DNA of 32,000 nucleotides from a cyanobacterium endosymbiont of Epithemia turgida isolate EtSB Lake Yunoko (GTDB taxonomy: Bacteria > Cyanobacteriota > Cyanobacteriia > Cyanobacteriales > Microcystaceae), in assembly GCF_000829235.1 (NCBI RefSeq), contig NZ_AP012549.1, positions 1,380,001-1,412,000 of the forward strand, written 5' to 3'. Made by a program: the position numbers and the translations under genes. This document shows, piece by piece, positions 1 to 10,524 of this stretch. The notes below the pieces were generated by a model. It made no database searches. It saw only the letters and a program-made list of their open reading frames with translations, and had not been told where the DNA came from. Position 1 is the first letter of the stretch. Each line of letters starts with the position of its first letter.

Positions 1-631
1 GCGCGCCAGGAATATTATCAGGAACACTAAATCCTAAGGAAATCCGACTCCCTTTTATGGTGGTTGGTGTTAATTCCAATATCCAGAACCGAGTACAATT
101 ATCGGGATAATCGTTAATATCATTGATCAGGATGGGATAGTTGTATAACTTAGCAGCACGAGGAGAGGAGATCGCCGCCGAGGTAAAATCGAGATCTATT
201 TGATGTAGAGCTTCCGTGGTCGAATTTGTTGAAATTAAGGAAACAGAAGGTAAATTCTGCTCTAGCCAATGTTGACATTGTGCTAAAGCTTGGGGATGGG
301 AATAAACTGTTCTTAGTCCTTTTAGAGATTTTCTTCTTGATAATAAAGCATGGGAGATGGGCAAGACTAACTCTTGTTGAATCTTGAGTTTGTCTAATTG
401 CCAAAGGCTGTCGAGGATGATAGCCACTGTTCCTTCTGTAGAGTTCTCCACTGGGACAACAGCCTGTTGAGTTTCTCCATAGGCAACAGCGTATAAAGAT
501 TGAACAATTGTAGGATAAGGACACAGAAAAGATTTTTTTCCCTCTTTTTGCTCTAACCAACGCTGATAAGCCAGAGTAGCAGTTTCTGCATTAGTTCCCG
601 TCGGACCTAGATGAGCAATGGAAATAGCCAT
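1..631 (-). CDS. pheA: Prephenate dehydratase, N-terminal ~210 aa; the 3' end runs off the left window edge
   Basis: My own translation of the minus strand from the ATG at 631..629 gives MAISIAHLGPTGTNAETATLAY...VPVENSTEGTV...YSHPQALAQC...TRFWIL...SLGFSVPDNIPGA. These are the typical PDT-domain motifs followed by the start of the ACT domain. The ORF is absent from the supplied track because it is open at the window edge. The track ORF 150..560 is in another frame of the same strand. Confidence 0.85.
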   Translation of the reverse strand, partial: MAISIAHLGPTGTNAETATLAYQRWLEQKEGKKSFLCPYPTIVQSLYAVAYGETQQAVVPVENSTEGTVAIILDSLWQLDKLKIQQELVLPISHALLSRRKSLKGLRTVYSHPQALAQCQHWLEQNLPSVSLISTNSTTEALHQIDLDFTSAAISSPRAAKLYNYPILINDINDYPDNCTRFWILELTPTTIKGSRISLGFSVPDNIPGA

Positions 632-751
632 AGACAATAAATTTGCAACCTGATTGATTATACTGAGATTTGGATCGCTATGCTTAAGTAATTTAACTTG
701 ATCTAAAGTTCACGTGAGTATCATTTAATTAGTAAAAATTTTTTTCATAAT

Positions 752-782
752 TTTTCTAAAAAAACTTAATTTTTTTAGAAAA
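752..782. repeat. AT-only hairpin: 13-bp arms (ttttctaaaaaaa / tttttttagaaaa) with a 5-nt loop
   Basis: Inverted repeat read directly from the sequence. It lies upstream of the pheA start. The composition is low-complexity, so significance is modest. Confidence 0.6.
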
Positions 783-2129
783 GTAAACTTAAATTAAATA
801 TAAAAATTTTTCTTTGAAAGATTTTTAGGTCGATCAATTATCTATGGATATTCATCCTAGTGCTTCGGAGACAATCTGGAGACAATCTCCATTGTTGTTG
901 ACGATACTTTAGTTTCAGTTTCCTTGCATGATTATCTACGACAACCTCAACTGTTAGTTGAGGCAATTACCAGTCCAAAATTAATAGAAACCATTTCCGA
1001 ATATCTCTTTAGGTTAAAGATGTATACCCTCCATTTTATGGAGCTTTATCACTTATAACTCATAGTTGTTTTAAACATTAGGACCTATAGTTAAGATAAG
1101 ATATATTTAAAATTTTCAGAATACGAATTTTGGGGTAGTGATTATATCAATAGTAGCTTTTATTTGAATCTTAGGAGAAAACTTATCCGATAAAATCAGG
1201 AGTAAAAAAATACCTAAAAAGTCAAGGTAATTAATAATTTACGGTAGCTTTAACTCCCCCATTATAGTTAAATTCCCAACTATTATTGGAAATGACTGGT
1301 AATATTTTTCTAAAAAGCATTCTACTAAAAACTAAACAATTCCTACTGAGTTAACTACTCAAAGACTACAGGGAGTGGGTCAGTCAATATTCTTTAGAAA
1401 GACTTACTCAAGAAAATCAACTTACTTCTTTCGTTAATTCTTTAGCCGGTTTATCTCAAAGCTTAAACAGGGCAAAACTGGCTATATGCCCAGTTATTAC
1501 CAGTAATGATCGGGCAGACGACTTATCATAACCCACTAGTTAGAAGGCTTTCATTACTTTTTATATTTACTTTATAAATGCTTTTGTATAGTCATTGGTA
1601 GTAAATATTTAACAATTTCGTATTAAGCTTAAAATGGCAATTATCTTTCCAGACAAGAGATTATACTGCTCATAGTTTATGAATCTCTTCAAACGTTCAG
1701 ATTTTGTCTAAGACAACCTTTTGAGTTACGTAACAATATAGGTCTTAAATTTTTAAAATACACCCATCCCAAAATCACTGTTTTTAGTATTTTTAAAATA
1801 AACTTCTGTGTAATTACTATAGATACTTTGGATTTAGAATGCTAAATTAGCGGTTAATAACTTACAAAACTCTTATTTTGACTACATTCTATTATGTCCA
1901 AAAACTCGACTTTTTTTGTTTATGGTGATTTTGTCATAGCCAAAGTAAAATATTTGCTGTCTTTAACTATTATTTTTTTAAAAATAAGGCGTATTTGAAA
2001 TAGAAAATACTATCACAGGGCTAAATAGCATTCTATATATCACTTTATCGGCTTACATAGCAATTAATGTCCATGAGGACAACGAATCCAGACTAATCTC
2101 CATAAATATGAGCTGACGTAATTTTTGTC

Positions 2130-2172
2130 ATACATAAGAAGAGACAAAGTTAAATTATCCCTTCTTATGTAT
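2130..2172 (-). terminator. Hairpin immediately downstream of the rne stop codon: 12-bp stem, 19-nt loop
   Basis: atacataagaag (2130..2141) pairs perfectly with cttcttatgtat (2161..2172), and the rne stop is at 2196..2198. There is no clear U-tract on the minus strand and the loop is large, so terminator function is uncertain. Confidence 0.35.
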
Positions 2173-2195
2173 CTATTTGCATTTTAAGATAATTA

Positions 2196-4178
2196 CTAAG
2201 CTTCTTTGGCGGAAGAACGACGACGACGACGACGAATCACAGGGCGTTCAGAGTCATTTTCCGGTAGTTTTGTTGATGTTTCTTTATCATCTGTCTTCTC
2301 GTCATTGTCAGAAAACTCAGATACTTTAGGAGAAATGGATTGAGATATAACAAATGATGTGTCTCCACAAAAAATCTCCGCTTCCTCTTTTACCTCTTGT
2401 ATTTCTTGTTCCTTTCTTATTTCTTGTGTGTTCGACATATTTACTAAATGTTCAGAGAACTTAACGGATACTAATACAGACTTAGGGTCTTTAAACTCAC
2501 GATCAAGACACACTAAGGGAGAAACTCCCATTAAGGCATATAGATCTTGTTCCAAAGGGGTCATTTCCACAGATACCTTTTCCATTGGTATTTCTTCTCG
2601 GCGTAAATGTCTATGCCCTTTTTCTTTCCTGGGTTCAGCTTCTATTTCTCCTAAATAGTCACTCTCTTTTACCACGATATTAGGAATTACTTTAGTCGTT
2701 GACTCATCCTTCAACTGAGGTTGAGATTGACGGCGACGACGACGACGAGTGGCATTGGAGGCATTACCCTGTTCTTGATAGCTCGGATGGTGAAGTAATT
2801 CTAGTTGACTAGGGGTCTGATATATTTCATTTTCAAAACTAGATTCTCCAAGAATTTCAGGCTTTTCCACAGATTTTTCCACTGGTTTTACAACAGAAGA
2901 GGGGGAAACCACAGTAACCGTTTCTAAAGGAATCAATTCGGATTGTCCTGGAAGGCGAACCATATGTCCTAAACCACCACAACTGGAACAGGCTTGACCA
3001 AATAATTCGTAAATATTTTTGCCTTGACGTTTTCGAGTCAGTTCAACTAAACCTAATTCCGAAAGTTGTGCAATTTGTGGTCTAGCTTTATCAGATTTAA
3101 GAGCTTTATTGAAATGTTCTAATAGCTTCAGTTGATCGCGCCGTGAGTCCATATCGATAAAGTCTACAATGATTACCCCTCCAATATTACGCAGACGCAA
3201 TTGACGGGCAATTTCTGTAGCTGCTTCACTATTAGTCCACAGAACTGTTTCTCTGGCTGTTGCTGAACGGGTAAATGAACCAGAGTTAACATCAACAACT
3301 GTTAACGCTTCGGTAGGTTCAATGATAATGTAACCGCCAGAAGGTAAGTCAACCCTTGGTTTTAGCGCTTCTCGAATCGCGGCATTGACGCGAAAATAAT
3401 CTAAAACTCCAAGATGTTCGCGGTGATGATCAATCAAGACTCCTTCAGGAGAACGGCCACTACTCCAGTTCATTAAGTGTTGTTTTACTCGTTTTACCCC
3501 TGCTTGGGAATCTAAAACAATGCGGTTTACCTCTGCACTATATATGTCCCGTAACACCCGTTGAATAAAATCGTCATCACGGTTGAGTAGAGAAGGAGGA
3601 CGGGTTGAAGTAGCCTGAACTTGAATAGATTCCCATTGTCGCTGGAGAAACTCTAAGTCTTCCATAATTGCTTCTTCAGCTTTCCCTTCGGCTTCTGTCC
3701 GAACCAGTAATCCCATTCCTGCAGGTTTAATCAAAATAGCTAAAGCACGTAGTCGACTACGTTCATCATCATTTTTAATTCTTCTAGAAAGGTTAACCCC
3801 TCGACCATAGGGCATTAAAACTAAGTACCGACCTGGCAATGTAATATTCCCTGTGAGTCGTGGACCTTTATTTCCCGTGGGCTCTTTCATCACCTGAACC
3901 AATACATTTTGTTGAGGAGTCAACAACTCTGTAATAGCTCCCGGACTTCTTTTTAAGCGAAGAGGACCTAAATCGGTGACATGAATAAACCCATTGCGTT
4001 CTGCATCCCCAATATTGACAAATGCTGCGTCAATCCCTGGAATTACATTTTCTACCACTCCTAAATAAATGTCGCTAACTTGTTGGTTACCAGTGGCAAC
4101 CACTAGCTCTTGAATTTTATCTTCCCAGAAAACAGCAGCAATGTGGTGTTGCTCTGCGATAACAATTTGTTTTGACAT
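2196..4178 (-). CDS. rne: Ribonuclease E (compact cyanobacterial type)
   Basis: 660-aa ORF. The N-terminus has an S1 domain and the RNase E/G catalytic core (VSDIYLGVVENVIPGIDAAFVNIG, VVDVNSG). A Zn-link-like CSSCGGLGH follows. The C-terminal region is non-catalytic, with two Arg-rich boxes including the terminal RRRRRRSSA (2208..2234). GAGGGA lies about 5 nt upstream of the ATG. Confidence 0.92.
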   Translation of the reverse strand: MSKQIVIAEQHHIAAVFWEDKIQELVVATGNQQVSDIYLGVVENVIPGIDAAFVNIGDAERNGFIHVTDLGPLRLKRSPGAITELLTPQQNVLVQVMKEPTGNKGPRLTGNITLPGRYLVLMPYGRGVNLSRRIKNDDERSRLRALAILIKPAGMGLLVRTEAEGKAEEAIMEDLEFLQRQWESIQVQATSTRPPSLLNRDDDFIQRVLRDIYSAEVNRIVLDSQAGVKRVKQHLMNWSSGRSPEGVLIDHHREHLGVLDYFRVNAAIREALKPRVDLPSGGYIIIEPTEALTVVDVNSGSFTRSATARETVLWTNSEAATEIARQLRLRNIGGVIIVDFIDMDSRRDQLKLLEHFNKALKSDKARPQIAQLSELGLVELTRKRQGKNIYELFGQACSSCGGLGHMVRLPGQSELIPLETVTVVSPSSVVKPVEKSVEKPEILGESSFENEIYQTPSQLELLHHPSYQEQGNASNATRRRRRRQSQPQLKDESTTKVIPNIVVKESDYLGEIEAEPRKEKGHRHLRREEIPMEKVSVEMTPLEQDLYALMGVSPLVCLDREFKDPKSVLVSVKFSEHLVNMSNTQEIRKEQEIQEVKEEAEIFCGDTSFVISQSISPKVSEFSDNDEKTDDKETSTKLPENDSERPVIRRRRRRSSAKEA

Positions 4179-5818
4179 GCAATTCCCTCAAACTTTTGTA
4201 GCCGACTAAAACACTTTATTAAGTCGAGTGCCTGTCGATATAAATTAGTCAAAAAACTGTCTAAATTTAGTTGCAATTGACTTCAAGCCAATGAAGAATC
4301 AAAGAAAATTATACTCACCCTTATCTTTCACCTAAACGTCGGCTATCTAATTAAGCTGATGTAAGTAATTTCGTCTGAGGAGGTTGCTCGTTTTCTGTAT
4401 CTCTACCAATCTTAAAACGAGAATTGTAATTCGATACTTAGTGGACCCCTCTTTGAATAAACTTGTCAGCACCAACATTTATTGCATGTAAGACGCTTCT
4501 TAGGTGAATTGAGTTGATGATAGAACCAACAAGAAACACTTTAACTGTTTCCAGCAGTGAACTAACTAATGATTACAGTCAGCTAAACGGTTAAGTTCTA
4601 TTTGTATTAAATTACTTCAGCTGGTTGAGTGATTTTGGTTTTTTTGGACATTAATCATTCAGGACAATCTACATAAATACTAGATTATTTTAACCCAATT
4701 AAAACCTAGTTAAAAACCTAAAACCATATCATTAGCTCACTTTTAGTTTTTGGATAACGTTAATGTTAACCAATTGTTCCTATTCATATTTTCAGGTTGA
4801 GCAACCAGTGTAAATCATATTTTCTAGAATCCTATATCTTTAGAAGTCAGATGTAACTCTATTTAATAACCCTAAGTAGATTCGTTACCAGCTGCAAGTG
4901 TCATCTTAACATATATATGTCCGTCATTTATTTTTCTCATGTAGACTTGAAAGCTAATGTTCGAAGTACATTGTATAAACTTTTCTGAACTATGATAAGA
5001 GAAACTTGTCCTAAATCGGATTGTAAAAACTCACTTTGATTTGAAGAAAGGAAGAAGGACAGAGATTTTAGAAGGTAAGAGAAAAGGGAAATATGAAAAC
5101 CAGATTATGATATTCTAGTTTGACACAGAGTAAGAGTGTAGACTGGGGGTGAAAAGATCAAAGGGATAATCTTCACTGAACTTTAACTCAATGGTAATCA
5201 CATGCCAAAAAAGGTTAGGTTTTTCCTTTTCCCAACTAGAAGCTAAAACCATTGAGTCAAGAGAGAATTTGTCACACCAAGTCTATATAATTTATTTTTG
5301 ATCAAAAATTACGGATAAAAGACTCTTTATTTTTAATAAATAAACCGTGGAGTCAACAGAAGTAAATCAAAGTAGAGAACTGAAAACAGATTTTAACTGG
5401 TTAGTTTTTGACAATACTAATAGTCATTCCACTTTCTTCTGTAAAGAAAGTAGGAGTCATGAACAGGATGTATTTTATTAATTAAACCCTGCGTTATGTC
5501 TAAAGATTCTGATCCATTTCCTTTCGATATATCATTTTCCACATTTATATTAGCTTTAATTGAGATAGCACTTATCCCAATTTTTTGCACTCTAATATAT
5601 TGTTAGTTCATCCTTAAGAAAAATTGTAGTTATAAATTATTATCTTTCAGAAATATTCATGCATTTTTACTAAGTCTTAAAGTTCTTAAAGTCATTGATA
5701 TACAAATATCTTCTCAATTTTTTCTCCTAACTGTTCCTTGTTCTCGATTCATAACTATCAGTCTACTATCCTAAGTTAACTAGCACTGTATATAACCTAA
5801 ACTATTACTAACGCAAGC

Positions 5819-7089
5819 ATAAACAATAACTCTTTACTTATTGGGAAAGGACTTCCCCCAGTTCATAAAGTTTGGACTGATCAAATAGTTCTGGTTATAA
5901 CTGAATTAATTGAAAACTTAGATTTTTAATTAACTAACCTAGAAACTAATGTCACTCACATTTCGGAAGGATTGGTAGAACCTTTAACAGAAATTGAAGA
6001 ATGGTTAAGATGAAGTCGGGAAATTGTCGAGCATTTAGTGTCAGTTAACAATAGTCAAGAATTGCGGAAGGATTATTAATAATCTTAACCTTATATTGTT
6101 CACTTTATCAATAAAATCAACCAAAGTCAATTCTTGTATAAGGCATTTAAAGCCCTACAAAAGAGTGAAGTATGGAATACCCTAGGATCTGCCCAGAAGC
6201 GTATTGTTGAGATAGCTATCCGTGAAGCAGAATTCGCTGGTGTAGGGGTAGAAGGAGAAAACCGAGGTAGAAGGAGAAAAACGAGAACGATTTAATCAAA
6301 TTTAATTAGAATTAGTAGAACTTTCTACTAAGTTTTCTAACAATGTTTTTGATGCAAACAAAGTATTCAGACTGAAATTAAAAACAAAAAAATAAGTTGA
6401 TGGTTTACCCTCTAGTTTGCTAAGTTTAGCTGCTAAAAACACTGGGATATTAGTTTTTAGACAGAAAAACAACGGAAAATGAAGGTTTATTTAACTGCTG
6501 AAAAATTGCGCCTTTATTTTCCTTTAATTCAAGTATTAGAGGGCTTATTTACTTTAGCATAACGTATCTTCCAGGTAACCATAACTCTTGCTGATGGTCA
6601 AGCCTCTAGATGGCATAAAGATGTTCGTTATTTTCAGGTTAACAATGAATTAGGAGAAACAATTACCTATTTTTATTTTGACCTCTATATAAAAGTCGTT
6701 CACTAGAAAACCGGGAAGGGGCTTGGATGAAAAATTGTATTGTCCGTCCGGGCAAAAATCAAACCAGACAAAGGATTTTATACTCGTTTACTTGTCCGCT
6801 TATCTTATTTGTAATCAAACCCCTCCTGTGGGAAAAGAACCTAGTTTGATGACCTTTGATGAAATCACTATTTTGTTCTATAAATTCGGTTACGGACTTC
6901 AATATATGTTAACCAAAGTAGATTATCCAGGGGCATCAGGCATTAATAATGTTGAATGGGATGCCGTAGAATTACTTAGTTAATTTATGGAAAATTGGTG
7001 TTATTATCGCTATAATTTATTTGACTTATCTAAACATAATAAACCCAATGAAAAAGATACTCTCTTTCAAGTACATGATCGAGGTTTAT
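5819..7089 (+). pseudogene. prlC: Oligopeptidase A (M3 metallopeptidase) pseudogene: start codon lost, multiple stops and frameshifts, internal and C-terminal deletions, HExxH destroyed
   Basis: Hand translation across shifting frames matches my recollection of E. coli PrlC in colinear order: NSLLIGKGLPPVHKVW..., LVEPLTEIEEWL, LYKAFKALQKSEVWNTLGSAQKRIVEIAIREAEFAGVG, ELSTKFSNNVFDA, KLRLYFP..VLEGLF, WHKDVRYFQV, FYFDLY, then track ORF 6723..6983 with [57 protein letters not shown], then FMENWC. The expected HEFGHG reads YKFGYG. The expected ATG reads ATA at 5819..5821. Confidence 0.8.
6247..6284 (+). repeat. 19-bp tandem duplication inside the prlC pseudogene
   Basis: ggtagaaggagaaaaccga is followed directly by ggtagaaggagaaaaacga, with one mismatch. 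The unit length is not a multiple of 3, so the duplication shifts the frame. Confidence 0.85.
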
Positions 7090-7090
7090 A

Positions 7091-7123
7091 AAAAAATGGC
7101 AATTTACCCATTGCCATTTTTTT
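7091..7123. terminator. Bidirectional intrinsic-terminator-like hairpin (aaaaaatggcaat / ttaccc / attgccatttttt)
   Basis: Perfect 13-bp inverted repeat with a 6-nt loop. It has an A-run on the left and a T-run on the right, so it has stem plus U-tract in both orientations. It sits at the truncated 3' end of the prlC pseudogene. Confidence 0.6.
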
Positions 7124-7353
7124 ATGTAATTTTTGTCATATCTTTTCAGGAACCTATGCGACAGGGTACTAAAGTTATAAATGGGCATAAGTATTAATAG
7201 TGTTCCTTGTTCTTTACCTAAAAAAATAATTAAAGAATAAAAAAATTGATAAATATCTAATTTATTGTAAAATACAAGAAGTAAAAAAGAGATTAAAAAT
7301 GTTCTAATATCTGGGGCTATTTATTATGACATCCGAAAATTTTTTTTTAGGGG

Positions 7354-7383
7354 TTGACAAATGCTGGTTGATTTAGTTATATT
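7354..7383 (+). promoter_or_regulatory. Sigma-70-type promoter for tRNA-Asp
   Basis: Consensus TTGACA at 7354..7359, an 18-nt spacer, then TATATT at 7378..7383. The tRNA 5' end is at 7403. Confidence 0.55.
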
Positions 7384-7402
7384 TATGGACGGCTTAGAGA
7401 AT

Positions 7403-7476
7403 GGGACTGTAGTTCAACTGGTTAGAGCACCGCCCTGTCACGGCGGAAGTTGCGGGTTCGAACCCCGTCAGTCCCG
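7403..7476 (+). tRNA. trnD: tRNA-Asp (anticodon GUC), 74 nt, CCA not encoded
   Basis: Manual cloverleaf: acceptor GGGACTG/CAGTCCC, D stem GTTC/GAGC, anticodon stem CCGCC/GGCGG with loop CTGTCAC, T stem GCGGG/CCCGT with loop TTCGAAC, discriminator G. Confidence 0.95.
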
Positions 7477-9290
7477 TGTAAATAGAACTAACTTAAAGAA
7501 ACCTATTAGCAAGTTGACAATTCATTGTCGCCTCTAGGTACACACTTGAGGGGCGAGATTCTTACCCACGAATTACGCGAGTGTATAGCGTAGGTTTTCC
7601 TAGCTCTTAATTAAGACTTTACTGCTTCAGTAGTCTTTTCTAAATAGAAAATGTTGCCATTTATTTGCTCTTGTTCGGACACTTCACTCGGTTAGTACTA
7701 AAGATTATCTATTGCCTATAATTTATATATATTATTTTAAACTACCAGAAAGACTGTTTTGAGATTCTTAAGATTGTTGATTATTTGACACAACTCAAGG
7801 ATACTCGTACCCGCTGACTAGAGTAGCTAGGTTTGCCTATTTATTTTAGCCTTTTACTGGGGGTAGTATTGACTATCCTATGTTAGCCAGCCTAGCTTTA
7901 TGGTTAAGTGCTTACTCTGCTTTAATTTCAATGCTAAAACATTTTGGATACTCCCTAGAATTTGATGTATTTTACTTATTGTATAGCAATTTCCCAGATG
8001 GGAGCTAGTTTCATTTAAGTCTTAATCATCTTTGCAAAATAAAATCAAAGGACATCGTTTTCTAAATGCTTTTCAGCACTTTAACTTTCTCGAATTAGTT
8101 TTAATAAATGATTGTCTAATTTTTTTTCGATATCTGTAAACTTTTAGTGACTAGTATTGATATAATCCTTATTATATCAAAAAAATAAAGTTTTTTTCAA
8201 GAAAACTAATTATTTACTCTCGCATAATTTGAACAAAGACATTAAGTAAAAACTTCTAAAAATATCAGTTAAAAATATTTTTCTTTATTTTAGAATAGCT
8301 ATCTTCTTTTTTGTTTATTGTATTTATAATTCGAGAGAAACTTATATTATCTAATATAGCTAATCAATGAACTTAAGTTAACATCTATAATAAGTTATTT
8401 AATGACTGTCTTGTCAATACCTAAGGCTTTGTTTAAATAAAAAATTTACTTTATTTAAAGTTATTGAATAAATCAACAGGTTAATAAGTTATTCTCAACC
8501 ATAAGCAATTAATATTATCATGAATAAATTTTTAAATCTCTTGGATAAAAAATTATTGCCTGAATATTGTGATTTATGAAAACATATAAACATAGAGCTA
8601 TAAATGATACTCAGCTATTGATTTGCTCATAAGAGTTACAATACCTCTCCTTCATCCTATTAGTTTTCTGCTTTTTATTTTTGATAATAGCTTTATGTTT
8701 TTAGACACCTTGTATTTAAGTTCATCTGTCAGTACATAATTCTTAGTACATAGGATAGTCAATCAAATTCCATACCATAAACCCAAAATTCTTTTCTGGA
8801 AGACACAATATTTTTATCTTCTCATAGCAACATAGTTTTCTGTGTTGTTAAAACAGGTTGATCCACTGATTCTGGCTACCAACTAACTTTATTATCTGAT
8901 ACTCTACTTAATAGTGTTAGAAGGATAGAAGATGCCACCGACTTATCAGTAAGTTTGAGTTTCGCAGTTATTGATTATAACAACACCTACAAAAAATCTG
9001 AAGCTACTTAGACTGTTTTAGTTTTCAATAATTTTGTTCAATTTTAAAAAATATGACTACAGTTTTCAACTCTTTAACTATTCCTAGTTTAGGAGAGGTT
9101 TTAGCTTTTATTTATAACTTCTAAGAGTAAATTGTTAAGAGCTAAATTTAATAATAAAAATAATTAAAGATTATATTTATTATTTATATTTACTTGTAAA
9201 AAATTAATTATGATTTTAATGATTTAGTATAATTTTCACTCAGTAAAATTATTGAATAAACAAATTTTTTGTACTATCAAAAAATAAAAA

Positions 9291-9896
9291 CTATCTAAAA
9301 AATTTATTTTTTAGATAGTAGTCAATTTGCTGATATAGTATATCTGGAGTCAAAGAATTATCAAGGACAACATTAGCTAAAGCAATTTTTTCTTCTAAGG
9401 ACATCTGACTTTCTATTCTTTGTATAGCCTGGTTTTTAGTCATTTTATTATTTTTTATAAGTCGTTTAATTTGTTTTTCATAAGAACAATGAACAACCCA
9501 AATTTCTGTGACTAGACTGGTTAATTGAGCTTCAAAAAGTAGAGGAATAGATAAAATCATTATTGAAGATTTTAATAGACTTATTTCTTTCTTAAACTTA
9601 TTTATGATAAAAGGATGAATTTTACTTTCTAACCACTGTCTTTCTTCGGAATTATTAAATATAATATCTCCTAATATCTGACGATTTAATTGTCCATCGG
9701 GTAACTGAACCAGTTGTCCATAGCGAATAAAAATTTCTTGCAAGGTAGAAGAATTGGCTTTAACAGCTTCTCTAGCATAAATATCAGCGTCTAAAATAGG
9801 AATTTTATAAATCTTATTAATGTAATTAGAAACCGTAGTTTTTCCGGTAGCAATTCCTCCGGTTAACCCAATAATTATTTGTGACTTCGTACTCAT
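9291..9896 (-). CDS. coaE: Dephospho-CoA kinase
   Basis: 201-aa ORF with the N-terminal P-loop IIGLTGGIATGKTTV and typical CoaE length and layout. Confidence 0.88.
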   Translation of the reverse strand: MSTKSQIIIGLTGGIATGKTTVSNYINKIYKIPILDADIYAREAVKANSSTLQEIFIRYGQLVQLPDGQLNRQILGDIIFNNSEERQWLESKIHPFIINKFKKEISLLKSSIMILSIPLLFEAQLTSLVTEIWVVHCSYEKQIKRLIKNNKMTKNQAIQRIESQMSLEEKIALANVVLDNSLTPDILYQQIDYYLKNKFFR

Positions 9897-10009
9897 TTTC
9901 TATTCCTATATTTTTGGTATTTTAAATGTTACAGTTAAGTCCATATCGTATCTTTCTATGATAAACATTAGCAATTTTTTAAAAAAAGAGTATTGGTAAA
10001 AAAAAAATT

Positions 10010-10399
10010 ATGAATTTATCAATCTGCCCTAAATGTAAGGGAAATTTAGAAAAAGTTATCTATGAAAAGATAGAAGTGAATCGGTGTTGCCAATGTCGGG
10101 GAATTTGGTTTGACTCTTTAGAAGCCGAACAGCTAAAAAATATTAAAGATTCTGAAACTATAGACTTAGGAAATTTTCAAGAGGAGAGTCCATCAGAATC
10201 ATTACAAAACAAAGTAAATTGTCCCCGATGTCAAGTACCAATGCTTAAAATATTTGATTTTGACAAATATCCCCTTTGGTATGAAACTTGTGTTGAATGC
10301 CATGGTATTTGGTTTGATGCAGGGGAGTTCCAACAATTTAAACATAATTTTCAGCAGAAAGGATACCTAGCTCAAGCGATGAAAATCCTACGCTTTTAA
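10010..10399 (+). CDS. Double zinc-ribbon protein (two zf-TFIIB-like CxxC...CxxC modules)
   Basis: 129-aa ORF with two modules: CPKCKG...CCQCRGIWFD and CPRCQ...CVECHGIWFDAGEF. This is the pattern of the transcription-factor zinc-finger (zf-TFIIB-like) family. The function is unknown. Confidence 0.7.
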   Translation: MNLSICPKCKGNLEKVIYEKIEVNRCCQCRGIWFDSLEAEQLKNIKDSETIDLGNFQEESPSESLQNKVNCPRCQVPMLKIFDFDKYPLWYETCVECHGIWFDAGEFQQFKHNFQQKGYLAQAMKILRF

Positions 10400-10524
10400 A
10401 AAAATGTGTTATCGTGAACAGGGAGGAAAGTAGTATATTGCAACACTCTGAGGTATCAGCATGTACTCTCAGAACTGACAGAGCTCAACAAGGAGTAGGC
10501 AATTTCTGGTAATTTAGATTAATT

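Noticed and set aside
150-560. Track ORF of 136 aa on the minus strand
   Set aside because: It lies entirely inside the pheA coding region in a different frame. Its sequence is Cys/Ser/Arg-rich and low in complexity. The pheA frame gives clear prephenate dehydratase motifs.
1291-1530. Protein-like frame (MTGNIFLKSILLKTKQFLLS-stop-LLKDYREWVSQYSLERLTQENQLTSFVNSLAGLSQSLNRAKLAICPVITSNDRADDLS)
   Set aside because: It is probably a pseudogene fragment. I cannot assign a family, and the only evidence is an 80-codon frame with one internal stop.
2359-2658. Track ORF of 99 aa on the plus strand
   Set aside because: It is an antisense shadow ORF inside rne, with no independent support.
7477-9290. A genomic island integrated at the 3' end of tRNA-Asp
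   Set aside because: I found no direct repeat of the tRNA 3' segment (cgtcagtccc or longer) downstream. There is no integrase or any intact ORF. The tract looks like the other deserts rather than a bounded island.
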